A stretch of 64,000 bases of DNA, from positions 4,423-68,422 of the forward strand of contig JAGXFV010000032.1 of the NCBI GenBank assembly GCA_024637095.1, given 5' to 3'. The notes under the pieces were generated by a model. The model had not been told where the DNA came from, searched no databases, and saw nothing but the letters and a program-made list of their open reading frames with translations. Both the position numbers and the translations under genes were made by a program. Positions 49,752 through 59,009 of this stretch are shown here, piece by piece (position 1 is the first letter of the stretch; the number at the start of each line of letters is the position of its first letter). The DNA comes from Actinomycetes bacterium (GTDB taxonomy: Bacteria > Actinomycetota > Thermoleophilia > RBG-16-64-13).

Positions 49752-50453
49752 ATGAAAGAGGTCATCGCCGACAACCATGCGCCGCAACGCAGCGAGACAG
49801 CACCCGAACGAAGAGTGCACCTCCCCGAGGGCACCATATTTCCCCGAGTCTGGGTTCGATTCTCGCGATGGGTGGTGTCCACACCCTGGGTGGTGTGGGC
49901 TCTCGTCGGCATCAACCTCTCGAGCGCTGTGCTCGGCTACATCTATTGGTACGGGGACGCGATCCTGGCCAGCCCTCCGTATTTTTGGCCTTTCGTCCCG
50001 GACAGCCCGCTCTCGGCAACCCTCTTCGCCCTCGCCCTGCTCGCCTATCACCGCGGCCGCCCGGTCCCGCTGCTCGGCCTGCTGGCCGTCACCGGCTGCA
50101 TCAAGTACGGTCTGTGGACCGACTGGGTCTGGTTCACCAACTCGCTATCGGGAGGCGCTTACGACCTCGAGGCCGTGGTCCTAAGCCTGAATCATTTCGG
50201 GATGGTGCTCGAGGGACTGACCCTTCTGCCCCTTCTCAGTTTTGGGCTGCGCGAAGTAGCCCTGGTCGCCGCGTGGTACGGAGCCAATGATCTGGTCGAT
50301 TACGCTCTCGGCCACCGGCCCCGTCTGCCCAACCCCGAAGATCTCCAGCTGATCGCCGGTTTCTCGGTGGCCACTACCGGGGTGCTGTCGCTGATCTGGT
50401 TGGTGCTCCGGAGGCCCCGCCATTTCGCTCCCACGCGGGCCACGTCGCGTTAA
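49752..50453 (+). CDS. DUF1405-like polytopic membrane protein
   Basis: ATG at 49752. 233 aa with multiple TM helices. Confidence 0.45.
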   Translation: MKEVIADNHAPQRSETAPERRVHLPEGTIFPRVWVRFSRWVVSTPWVVWALVGINLSSAVLGYIYWYGDAILASPPYFWPFVPDSPLSATLFALALLAYHRGRPVPLLGLLAVTGCIKYGLWTDWVWFTNSLSGGAYDLEAVVLSLNHFGMVLEGLTLLPLLSFGLREVALVAAWYGANDLVDYALGHRPRLPNPEDLQLIAGFSVATTGVLSLIWLVLRRPRHFAPTRATSR

Positions 50454-51690
50454 TCGTAGCGCGGACGCGGCTGGGGGCCAGGATCTTGCGCCACAGGCCC
50501 GGCCTGAGAAGCCAAGTCGCGGGCACGGTATTCGATAGGACCCCCATGCCCCCGCGGGCGAGCGCCTCGTCGCGCTCGATCAATCGCACCATGCCCCCGT
50601 TGCCCCAGGGCTGCTGCAGGAACTGTCGGAGGGCGTAGGCCCCGAGGAACTCAGGCCCCAGTTCCTTCCAGATACTGCGCTCATAGCCTGCCAGTTCCCG
50701 GAGGTCGCCGGAGTGAAGGGACGCGGCTATGGCCCGCGCCGCAGCAACGCTGCTCTCCAGTGCATAGCCGATGCCCTCGCCCGATAGCGGGTCGATCAGA
50801 TTGCCGGCGTCACCGACCAGCAGGACGGCCTCCCGTCTGCGACGGCCGCGGGGGAAATCGATCAGGAGGGGAAACGCCGCGGGCGGCCCGACCGGGCGTC
50901 CGCCCGCCAGGTAGGGAAAGGCGCGCGACTCGGGCCCCAAAAACCAGTCCATCACCTGGCGGACCTTGAGCCCCCGGCGCCTCAAGGCGGACACGGCCAT
51001 GCCGGCGCCCACGTTGGCCGGCCCGCCCTCTCGGCTCGCGGGAAATGCCCAGCCGTACCCGGGCAACATGGGCTGATCAAGGAAGAAGCTGAGCGCTCCG
51101 TCCAGACCCTCCGCCCCGTCCAGGTACTGACGCATCGCGACGGCGAAGGGCTGCAAATGTCTCGAGGGGATAACGGTGCGCGAAAATGAGCCCCGGGAAC
51201 CGTCGGCGGCCACCACCACGCGGGGACGCATCACTATCCGCCGGCCTCCGTCATCCTCGGTCTCGACAGCGGGGGCCGCCGCGGTTCCGGGAATCAGCCG
51301 ATCGGCGCGGCGGCCCTCGATCACCTCGGCTCCAGCCTCACGGGCTCGCTCCACCAGCAGAGCGTCGAATTCACGGCGGGGGATCACGTAGGCATAGGGC
51401 GGGCCCTTGCCGTATGAGGGCAGGCCGGCCTTTATGGAGTCGCCCCAGGTGCTGACGATCCGGTATTCTCCCAGCGGCCGATGGCCTGCCTGCGTCAGCC
51501 GCTCTTCGACCCCCAGTCGGCGCAACACGCCGACACTCCGAGGCGCGAGTCCGTCCCCACAAACCTTGTCGCGGGGAAAGCGCGCCCGGTCCAGCACGGT
51601 GACCTCGAACCCCTGCTCCGCGAGGAGAATGGCGGCGGCGGCGCCTGCCGGTCCCGCACCGACGATGAGCACCTCGGGCCGCGGGTTCAA
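50374..51690 (-). CDS. Geranylgeranyl reductase-family FAD-dependent oxidoreductase
   Basis: 438 aa. MNPRPEVLIVGAGPAGAAAAILLAEQGFEVTVLDRARFPRDKVCGDGL. Confidence 0.7.
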   Translation of the reverse strand: MNPRPEVLIVGAGPAGAAAAILLAEQGFEVTVLDRARFPRDKVCGDGLAPRSVGVLRRLGVEERLTQAGHRPLGEYRIVSTWGDSIKAGLPSYGKGPPYAYVIPRREFDALLVERAREAGAEVIEGRRADRLIPGTAAAPAVETEDDGGRRIVMRPRVVVAADGSRGSFSRTVIPSRHLQPFAVAMRQYLDGAEGLDGALSFFLDQPMLPGYGWAFPASREGGPANVGAGMAVSALRRRGLKVRQVMDWFLGPESRAFPYLAGGRPVGPPAAFPLLIDFPRGRRRREAVLLVGDAGNLIDPLSGEGIGYALESSVAAARAIAASLHSGDLRELAGYERSIWKELGPEFLGAYALRQFLQQPWGNGGMVRLIERDEALARGGMGVLSNTVPATWLLRPGLWRKILAPSRVRATINATWPAWERNGGASGAPTRSATAPR

Positions 51691-51740
51691 CCCGCACCTC
51701 CACTCACGGCATCGTTGCTTTCAACGCCCGGCGATTCTGC

Positions 51741-51950
51741 CTACGCAGCGACCGGATAGCCTTCCTCGGCCAGGGCCGCCTTGACCTGCTCTTCGGTAAT
51801 CATGTTTTCGTCAAAGGCGACGTCGACGGTCTTCTGGTCCACCTCGACGTCCACGGTCTCAATACCGCCCATCGCTCGCAGGGCGCTTTCTATGCTGGCC
51901 TTGCAGTGGCCGCACGAGACGTCCGGCACCTGATAAGTCTTCTTGGTCAT
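51741..51950 (-). CDS. copZ: Copper chaperone CopZ (HMA domain)
   Basis: ATG at 51948-51950 behind AAGGAGG. 69 aa. MTKKTYQVPDVSCGHCKASIE. The 206-aa ORF in the track over-extends. Confidence 0.75.
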   Translation of the reverse strand: MTKKTYQVPDVSCGHCKASIESALRAMGGIETVDVEVDQKTVDVAFDENMITEEQVKAALAEEGYPVAA

Positions 51951-52086
51951 TCGAGAGCCTCCTTGATCAGTCATCACGGGCGTCAGCCGCGCAGGCGCCG
52001 CCAGGGCCGTCAGCCGCGCAGGCGTCCATGGTATTCTCCCCATCGCATACCCCCTGCCCCTACTATCAACCCGCGAGGAGCGGACG

Positions 52087-52383
52087 ATGGCTTCGTATAC
52101 CCAGGACAAGTCGAAACTACTGGCCCGGCTCAAGCGCATCGAGGGCCAGGTGCGCGGGCTGCAGAGAATGATCGACGAGGAGAAGTACTGCGTCGACGTG
52201 CTGACGCAGGTCTCTTCCGTGATGGCCGCGCTCCAAGGGGTGGGGGCTCTCGTGCTGGAGGACCACATCCAGGGCTGCGTTCGCAATGCGCTGGCAACGG
52301 ATGGGGCGGACGCCGACCGCGCGGTGGACGAACTGCTGGACGTGGTGGGGCGTTTCGCCAAAGCGGGTCCGACAGGCTGTTAG
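52087..52383 (+). CDS. csoR: CsoR/RcnR-family metal-sensing repressor
   Basis: 98 aa. LKRIEGQVRGLQRMIDEEKYCVDVLTQVSSV...H..GC. Divergent from copZ. Confidence 0.75.
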   Translation: MASYTQDKSKLLARLKRIEGQVRGLQRMIDEEKYCVDVLTQVSSVMAALQGVGALVLEDHIQGCVRNALATDGADADRAVDELLDVVGRFAKAGPTGC

Positions 52384-52423
52384 AGAACTAAGGCTGGGGG
52401 ATCGCAGAGGGCACCGGTCGCCG

Positions 52424-53119
52424 TTAGGGTCCCGGTTTTTCTCCCTGGGTCGCCGAGTGCCCGTCGACTTCGATCAGAATCCGCTCCGCGGCGGCTAGAG
52501 CCACGAAAACGGATTCCTCTCCCTCGTTGCGGATCAACGCAATGCGCACCGGCCCCTCCATCGGCGCGAAGTCGCCGACCGCCAGAGTCGTGCCGGGTAT
52601 GAGGCCCAATCCCTGAACGTAACCGAGCAGTTCCCCGTCTTCGCCTTCGATGCACCGCAAAACCCCCCGGGCGCCGGCCTGAGCGTCGCTCAGCCTCACC
52701 AGAGTCTCGGAGACCTGCCCGCTGCCGGGAATGGGATTACCATGTGGGCAGGTGGTCGGATAGTCGAGCACTCTCGCCAGATGGGCCTCGACCGCCGGGG
52801 AGATCACGTGTTCGAACTTGCAGGCCTCCTCATGCGCCTCCGCCCACGTCATCCCCAGGATGTCGGTGAGCAGCCGCTCCGAAAGCCGGTGACGACGAAT
52901 GAGCACCTCAGCCGCGTCCCGCCCCCTCTCGGTCAGGACGATTTCCCGATCGTTCCCCACCGAGACGAAATCCTCCCGGCGCAGGCGCTTGACCATCTCG
53001 GTCACGGTCGGAGCGGAAACGCCCAGATCCTCGGCCAGGCGGGCGCCGATCACGCGGAAACCGCGTGCCTGCAACTTGTAGATGGACTCTAGGTACTCTT
53101 CTATAGCAGGTGTCGGCAC
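52424..53119 (-). CDS. ideR: DtxR/IdeR-family iron-dependent repressor with a C-terminal SH3-like domain
   Basis: 231 aa with a winged-helix N-terminus, metal-site residues and an FeoA-like C-terminus. Confidence 0.8.
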   Translation of the reverse strand: MPTPAIEEYLESIYKLQARGFRVIGARLAEDLGVSAPTVTEMVKRLRREDFVSVGNDREIVLTERGRDAAEVLIRRHRLSERLLTDILGMTWAEAHEEACKFEHVISPAVEAHLARVLDYPTTCPHGNPIPGSGQVSETLVRLSDAQAGARGVLRCIEGEDGELLGYVQGLGLIPGTTLAVGDFAPMEGPVRIALIRNEGEESVFVALAAAERILIEVDGHSATQGEKPGP

Positions 53120-53165
53120 CTAGTCCCCCCCCCAGGGCGGTTGCGGCGGCTATGGGCTCCTGCCC

Positions 53166-53184
53166 AGGCCTCTACTTAGCTTAG
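53166..53184. promoter_or_regulatory. Candidate IdeR/DtxR iron box in the ideR / DUF3343 divergent promoter region
   Basis: TTAGCTTAGGCTACCCTAA against the remembered consensus TTAGGTTAGGCTAACCTAA (17 of 19 positions). About 100 bp upstream of the + strand small ORF and about 45 bp from the ideR start. Confidence 0.5.
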
Positions 53185-53282
53185 GCTACCCTAAACGACG
53201 GTCGCCATCACAACCCGCGTTTGCCCTGGCGGTCCCGCTCGTGCGAGAGTTCCGGGAGGCACATTCGACCGGTGGAGCTGTA

Positions 53283-53399
53283 ATGGCGGATACCCTGATC
53301 TATGTACGCTCAGATTCGCTCGCCGAAGAGCCCGAGATCGGATCGATGGCGAAGCTGCAGGAATTGATGCTGTCTGCCCACAAAGTGATCACGCTCTGA
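53283..53399 (+). CDS. 38-aa hypothetical ORF preceding the DUF3343 gene
   Basis: MADTLIYVRSDSLAEEPEIGSMAKLQELMLSAHKVITL. Its stop is 10 nt before the next start, and a GAGGAG sits in the spacer. No similarity recognised. Confidence 0.2.
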   Translation: MADTLIYVRSDSLAEEPEIGSMAKLQELMLSAHKVITL

Positions 53400-53409
53400 G
53401 GAGCCCTGG

Positions 53410-53700
53410 GTGACTCAAGCCCCCGAAGAGATCTTTCGCGTCATCACCTATCAAACCACCCACCAGGCCATGGCCGCCGAGGAAGTGCTTCATGATGCCG
53501 CCGTGACCTTCGAGGTGGTCCCCGCACCGGAAGAGGTGAGCGCCGGGTGCGGACTCGCCCACCGGCTTCGAGAGAAGGACCTGGATGCGGCGATCGCGAT
53601 CCTACGGGACGCCGGAGCGGACTACGACCGCGTGGTCGTTCCGACCCGGGGTTTTCGGCAGAGCCAAGACAGATTTGGCCAAGGCCGGATGGTAGAGTAG
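53410..53700 (+). CDS. DUF3343 (putative Se/S carrier-like) protein
   Basis: GTG start. 96 aa. FRVITYQTTHQAMAAEEVL...VPAPEEVSAGCGLAHRL fits the DUF3343 pattern, including the conserved CG. Confidence 0.55.
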   Translation: MTQAPEEIFRVITYQTTHQAMAAEEVLHDAAVTFEVVPAPEEVSAGCGLAHRLREKDLDAAIAILRDAGADYDRVVVPTRGFRQSQDRFGQGRMVE

Positions 53701-53881
53701 GCAGAGGAACCAGTCCGAGACGAGGAGTGTCCCCATCAGCTTCTTCGATCCCAACCGCCAGAATCGCGACCCGGAAGAAGAGCCAAACGGAGGTTTCCCT
53801 CAACGCCCCAACCTCTTCAGCATGATCTCTTGGATGTGGAATCGGCGCCGGGAATCCAAGCCCGGGGGTAAACGCCCGACG

Positions 53882-56701
53882 ATGTCCCGCCGCCGCCGTC
53901 TGCTAATAGCCGCAATCGGTTTGTTGCTACTCGTCCTGTTCTCTCTGACGACTATTGCCACGCTCTGGACCGACCTGCTGTGGTATCAGGAGCTGGGCTT
54001 CGAAGGGGTCTTCTGGACGCGCATAGAGGCCTGGGCTGCTGTCGCCGCCGCCGCCGGCCTGATCTTCGCGGTGATCTTCTTCATCAACCTCTACCTGGCT
54101 CGTCGGCTCTCGCCCAAGATCCGCGTTATGGGCCGCGTGAACGACGAGGAGATAGTCGAACTCGTCCCGCTCAGCGATCGCCGAGCTTTGGGGATCATCG
54201 CCGGGGTCACCGCTGTGTTCACTCTGCTGTTCGCTCTGGGAGCGGGCAGCACCTGGAGGACGGTCCTCCTCTACCTCAACCAGGTCGACTTCGGCTACGA
54301 GGACCCTCTCTTCGGCCTGGACGCGTCGTTCTTCGTCTTCACCCTGCCTTTGCTCGAAGCGGCCTCGACCTTCCTCTGGATGACGCTGCTTCTCACTATC
54401 CTGGGCACTGCCGCGGTCTACGTGTTCGACCAGGCGGTATCCATCGAGAACGAGCGCAGCCTGAAACTGGCCCCCCACGTCAAGGGACACCTGTCGGTGC
54501 TCGCCGCTCTGGCCCTCCTGCTGGTGGCCTTCGGCTATGTTATGGATGCCTGGCGTCTCGACTTCTCCCTGCGGGGAGTGAGCTTTGGGGCCAGCTACAC
54601 CGATGTGAATGCCCAACTGCCCGTGCTCTACATCCTGGCGGCCGTGGCCGCGGTCTCCGCGCTCATCTTGCTGGTAAACATCTATTACCGGGGCTGGCGT
54701 CTCCCCGCCGCAGCCATCGCCCTGCTCGCCGTGGTCTGGCTTCTCGCCGGCCAGATCTATCCCGCCTTCGTGCAGCAATACCAGGTCTCACCCAACGAAA
54801 TCGAGGCGGAGGACGAGTACATCGCCTCGAACATCGAGGCCACCCGGTTCGCCTACGGGCTCGAGCGGGTGACGGTGAGGGAATTCTCGGCGGAGGAAAC
54901 GCTCGAGTACGCCGACGTGACCCGCAACGCGGAAACGATCGACAACATACGGCTCTGGGATCCGCGCCCGGCGCTCGACACCTACTCGCAGCTACAGGAA
55001 CTGCGGATCTATTACGACTTCCAGGACGTCGATATCGACCGCTACGACATCGACGGCAACTACCGTCAGGTCCTGGTGGCCGCGCGCGAGATGAACCAGA
55101 GCCAGCTGCAGGCCCAGGCACAGACCTGGGTGAACCAGCACCTGACCTATACACACGGCTACGGAGTCGTGGCCAGTCCCGTAAACGAGGTCCGCGGCGA
55201 GGGCCTGCCGGTGTTCTTCGTGCAGGACATCCCCCCGCGGAGCGTCACCGACCTCGAGATAACCCAACCCGCCATCTACTACGGCGAGGCGGGAGCGGAT
55301 TACGTTCTGGTGCGGACCACGGCCCGAGAGTTCGACTACCCCCAGGGCGATCAAAACGTGTACGTGGACGACTACTCGGGGCGAGGTGGTGTTTCGGTGG
55401 CATCGCTTCCCCGCCAAGCCGCCTTCGCGCTGCGCTTCGGGACACTTAAGCTGATGCTTTCGGAGTACCTGACCGAAGACTCCCGCTTGATGTACCGTCG
55501 TACCCTGCAGGAGAGGGTGCCCGAGGCGGCCCCCTTCCTCCAATACGACCGCGATCCCTACATGGTGGTGCGCGCCGACGGCAGCCTCGCCTGGATCTGG
55601 GACGCCTACACCACCACCGACTACTTCCCCTACTCCCAACCCCGCAGCGCCGGCTACAACTACATACGCAACTCAGTAAAAGTCGTGGTGGACGCCTTCA
55701 ATGGTGATGTCACCTATTACTTGATGGACGAAGCGGATGCCGTGGCCAACACCTGGGCCAACGTCTTTCCCGATCTGTTCACCCCCGGGTCTGAGATGCC
55801 GGATGACCTGCGGGCCCACATCCGCTATCCGGAGGATCTCTTCACGGTGCAGTCCGAGGTACTGTCGCTCTACCACATGCAAGATCCACAGGTGTTCTAC
55901 AACAAGGAAGACGCCTGGGAGATCCCCATGGAGCAGTACGCCGGCGAGACCGTACCGGTGGTGCCCTATTACGTGATCATGGGGCTGCCGGGCGGTCAGG
56001 GCGAGGAGTTCCTCCTGCTGCGCCCGTTCACTCCTTTACAGAAGCAAAACATGATTTCCTGGCTGGGGGGCCGCTCGGACGGCGAGAACTACGGCGAGCT
56101 GGTGCTTTTCAGCTTCCCCAAGGACAAACTGATCTACGGACCAGCGCAGGTGGAAGCCCGGATCTCCAACGATCCCGCGATCAGCGAACAGGTGACCCTG
56201 TGGGACCAGGCGGGCAGCCGCGTGATCCGGGGGAACCTCCTGGTCATTCCCATCGAGGATTCCATCCTCTATGTGGAGCCGCTCTATCTGCAGGCCGAGC
56301 AGAGTCCCATCCCCGAACTCAAGCGGGTGATCGTAAGCTACGGCGACCGGGTGGTCATGGCGGAGGATCTCCAGGGTGCGCTGGAAGACATCTTCGACCA
56401 AGAGAGCCCGCCGGCCACGGTCACCACGGCGACGCCCGGCACCACCACCACTGAGCCCGGCGATAACACCACCACTGAGCCCGGCGCCACGACCACCACG
56501 GAAGCCGCCACTACCGGCACCACCGTTCCCGGAGGCGAGTTGCCCAGCGATGTCGACGCTCTGATCGCCCTGGCCGACCAGCACTACCAGGCCGCTGAGG
56601 CGGCGCAGCGCGAGGGAGACTGGACGACCTACGGCGAGGAAACCGAGGCGCTGGGACAGGTGCTCGAGCGTCTGCAGACTCTGGCCGGAAGCCAGGGCTA
56701 G
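53882..56701 (+). CDS. UPF0182-family large membrane protein
   Basis: ATG at 53882 behind GGGGGTAAA (the ORF runs from 53822). Six or seven N-terminal TM helices, then a ~650-aa extracytoplasmic domain and a Thr/Pro-rich low-complexity tail. Confidence 0.75.
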   Translation: MSRRRRLLIAAIGLLLLVLFSLTTIATLWTDLLWYQELGFEGVFWTRIEAWAAVAAAAGLIFAVIFFINLYLARRLSPKIRVMGRVNDEEIVELVPLSDRRALGIIAGVTAVFTLLFALGAGSTWRTVLLYLNQVDFGYEDPLFGLDASFFVFTLPLLEAASTFLWMTLLLTILGTAAVYVFDQAVSIENERSLKLAPHVKGHLSVLAALALLLVAFGYVMDAWRLDFSLRGVSFGASYTDVNAQLPVLYILAAVAAVSALILLVNIYYRGWRLPAAAIALLAVVWLLAGQIYPAFVQQYQVSPNEIEAEDEYIASNIEATRFAYGLERVTVREFSAEETLEYADVTRNAETIDNIRLWDPRPALDTYSQLQELRIYYDFQDVDIDRYDIDGNYRQVLVAAREMNQSQLQAQAQTWVNQHLTYTHGYGVVASPVNEVRGEGLPVFFVQDIPPRSVTDLEITQPAIYYGEAGADYVLVRTTAREFDYPQGDQNVYVDDYSGRGGVSVASLPRQAAFALRFGTLKLMLSEYLTEDSRLMYRRTLQERVPEAAPFLQYDRDPYMVVRADGSLAWIWDAYTTTDYFPYSQPRSAGYNYIRNSVKVVVDAFNGDVTYYLMDEADAVANTWANVFPDLFTPGSEMPDDLRAHIRYPEDLFTVQSEVLSLYHMQDPQVFYNKEDAWEIPMEQYAGETVPVVPYYVIMGLPGGQGEEFLLLRPFTPLQKQNMISWLGGRSDGENYGELVLFSFPKDKLIYGPAQVEARISNDPAISEQVTLWDQAGSRVIRGNLLVIPIEDSILYVEPLYLQAEQSPIPELKRVIVSYGDRVVMAEDLQGALEDIFDQESPPATVTTATPGTTTTEPGDNTTTEPGATTTTEAATTGTTVPGGELPSDVDALIALADQHYQAAEAAQREGDWTTYGEETEALGQVLERLQTLAGSQG

Positions 56702-56760
56702 CGCAATGCCGCCCGCGTCAGCGGGTTCGCTTTCCGCGGCCGGGGAACCGGCCGCGGAAA

Positions 56761-58989
56761 TTAGATGCCGGTAGGAAGCTCCGTCGCGTCCGAGCGCTCC
56801 AGCCGAGCGAGGTTGTCGTGGTCGCCGGTCTTCTCGATCGAAACACGGGTGCTACCCCAAGCAAGTTCACCGGTGTCCCCAACTTCCAGCAGTTCGAGCA
56901 GGTCAACGGTGTTGACGCCCCGATCGTTGGCGTAGCGCCCGTAGGCCACGTGTCCCTGGCCCATGGGCATACCCACCACGCCGGGTGCGATTCCCTGAAA
57001 CACGTACACCGGCACCTCGAGTTCGGCGCTCTGGGAGGCGACGCGGACGATATCCCCCGTCTTCAACTCGAGCTCTTCGGCCAATCCGGGATTGATCTCG
57101 ACCCAGCTTTGCCAGACCACGGTGGTCATGGGGTCGGGTGCCTCCTGCAGCCAGGCCTTGTTGGCGTGGCGTCCCTCGGCCAGGAGCAGATGGGGGTAGA
57201 TCTGCAGGCGATGCGGCCGGGCTTCCTCCGGACGGGCCGTCACCAGCTGCTCGAGGGCGACCTCCGAGGGCACGACGGGCGTGACCTCGGGCCGGTCTTC
57301 CTGCGTCGACCACCAGCCTCCGAACTGCCGCCACTCCAAGAAGAACTTCTCCGGATCGTTGGTCAGGATCGAACCGGTCTGAATCCGCCCGGCGGTCAGA
57401 GCCTGCTGCATGGTCTCCACCGACTGACGCACATAGGTGAACTCGTCCTCCCAGGGCAGGAGTTCGGCGTACGTCCCTCCCGCCAGCCGCGCCCCGGCCA
57501 GAAAGATGTCTACGAGCGACCTCGTGTCGAAAACGGGTGGGACCACGGGCTGCTGCGCCGTCATCGTCGAGAGCGCGGTCCCCGGTTCGGGCACACCGAA
57601 ACCCCAGGACTCCAGGTAAGTGTGCTGAGGTAACCGCAGATCGGCGAATAGCTCGCTGGTATCCGTGGGGAAGGGCGAGAAGTCGATGAGGAGAGGCACT
57701 TGGTCGGCCGCTTCGGCGAAGCCCATCGCCTCAGGAAGGTCGTGATAGGGGTCGCCGTCGGCCACCAGCAGCACGTCAACTTCGCCCGCCTTCATGTCTT
57801 CGAGCAGGGCGGCGGTTTCGACATAGGAGGAAACCTCCTCCCGAGGATCGAGTTCGCCTCCCGCTGGGGCCGGCGGGCTGAGGAAGAGGGTGCGGTTGGG
57901 AGCGCCCACCAGCAAGTTGAGCGCGAGCACTGCGCGGATTGCGGCAGGAGCGTTGTCGAAGGCACTCAGGCCACCGCCGGGGATGGCAAGGGGCGCCTCG
58001 GACCGGGCGAATCTCCTGGCGATCCGCACCAGTTTCTCGAAGTCCAGTCCGAGTTCCTCCGCCAGACCGCGCGCCTCCACCTGGGAGAAGAGTGCATCCA
58101 CCGAAGCGGGGCGATCGCCCGCACCCAGACGTTCGTCCAGAACGATCTTGCCTATTATCAGGGCGACCTCGCCCTCGCGCCCACCCGGTGGGGAAAGCCA
58201 ATCGTCGGCCACCGCGGCCGTCGACGAAAGGCGGGGCTCGACCGCCACGAGACTCCCCCGATTGGCGCCCTTACGCAGTTCGGCGAAGCCGCGCGAGTAC
58301 TGTACCGGCGAAAGCCAGGTCTCGAGGAAGGCAGCGTTGAAGCTGATGACCGCGCTTGCCGCCCCGATGTCGAACAGGGGCAGGCGCTCGGCCCCCAGGA
58401 TGTCCCCCGCTGCCTGTTGCAGAAGGTTACGGCCTTCCGCCGCCCGGTAGAGATTCCATACCGTGGGCCGGCGGTTGCCGCCCGCCGCCTCCAGCAGCCG
58501 AGCGGCCACCCGATAAACATGGTCGGGCAGATGACCGCCATAGATCGCGATCCGCCCCGGGGATTCGGAGAGGGCCTGGCCCAGAACGGCCAGCCCCTCG
58601 TCCCAGTTGGTGCGTTCGAAGGGGTCGGTTCTTTGATTTGCGCGCACTTCCGGCCCCTGCAGGCGATCCGGATTATACAACGCTTGGAGACCCGCCTGTC
58701 CTCTGGCGCACAGCCGTCCCTGGCTGATCGGGTGCTGCGGATTGCCTTCGAGTTTATTCGCGCGCCCGTTCATCGTACGCACCAAGATCCCACAGCCCGC
58801 CGGGCACATCTGGCAGAGACTGGTGTAGTAGGTGAAAGTCCCGGCAACCTGCTCCTCGGGGGTGCGCAGGAAAGGAACCAGCCGCTCCTCATTGCCTCTG
58901 CCACCGCAACCGCTCAGAGCAAGCGTGCCTGCCGCGGCCAGTAGCCCGGACTTCTTCAGAAACTCGCGCCGCGTGAACTTGGGCATCAT
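56761..58989 (-). CDS. Tat-exported molybdopterin (Mo-bisPGD family) oxidoreductase catalytic subunit
   Basis: ATG-ATG at 58984-58989. MMPKFTRREFLKKSGLLAAAGTLALSGC..., with the N-terminal Fe-S motif CQMCPAGC...C(ARGQ). About 742 aa. The 1024-aa ORF in the track over-extends across the upstream gene. Confidence 0.7.
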   Translation of the reverse strand: MMPKFTRREFLKKSGLLAAAGTLALSGCGGRGNEERLVPFLRTPEEQVAGTFTYYTSLCQMCPAGCGILVRTMNGRANKLEGNPQHPISQGRLCARGQAGLQALYNPDRLQGPEVRANQRTDPFERTNWDEGLAVLGQALSESPGRIAIYGGHLPDHVYRVAARLLEAAGGNRRPTVWNLYRAAEGRNLLQQAAGDILGAERLPLFDIGAASAVISFNAAFLETWLSPVQYSRGFAELRKGANRGSLVAVEPRLSSTAAVADDWLSPPGGREGEVALIIGKIVLDERLGAGDRPASVDALFSQVEARGLAEELGLDFEKLVRIARRFARSEAPLAIPGGGLSAFDNAPAAIRAVLALNLLVGAPNRTLFLSPPAPAGGELDPREEVSSYVETAALLEDMKAGEVDVLLVADGDPYHDLPEAMGFAEAADQVPLLIDFSPFPTDTSELFADLRLPQHTYLESWGFGVPEPGTALSTMTAQQPVVPPVFDTRSLVDIFLAGARLAGGTYAELLPWEDEFTYVRQSVETMQQALTAGRIQTGSILTNDPEKFFLEWRQFGGWWSTQEDRPEVTPVVPSEVALEQLVTARPEEARPHRLQIYPHLLLAEGRHANKAWLQEAPDPMTTVVWQSWVEINPGLAEELELKTGDIVRVASQSAELEVPVYVFQGIAPGVVGMPMGQGHVAYGRYANDRGVNTVDLLELLEVGDTGELAWGSTRVSIEKTGDHDNLARLERSDATELPTGI

Positions 58990-59009
58990 CCTATTGCTGC
59001 TCTCCCTGT

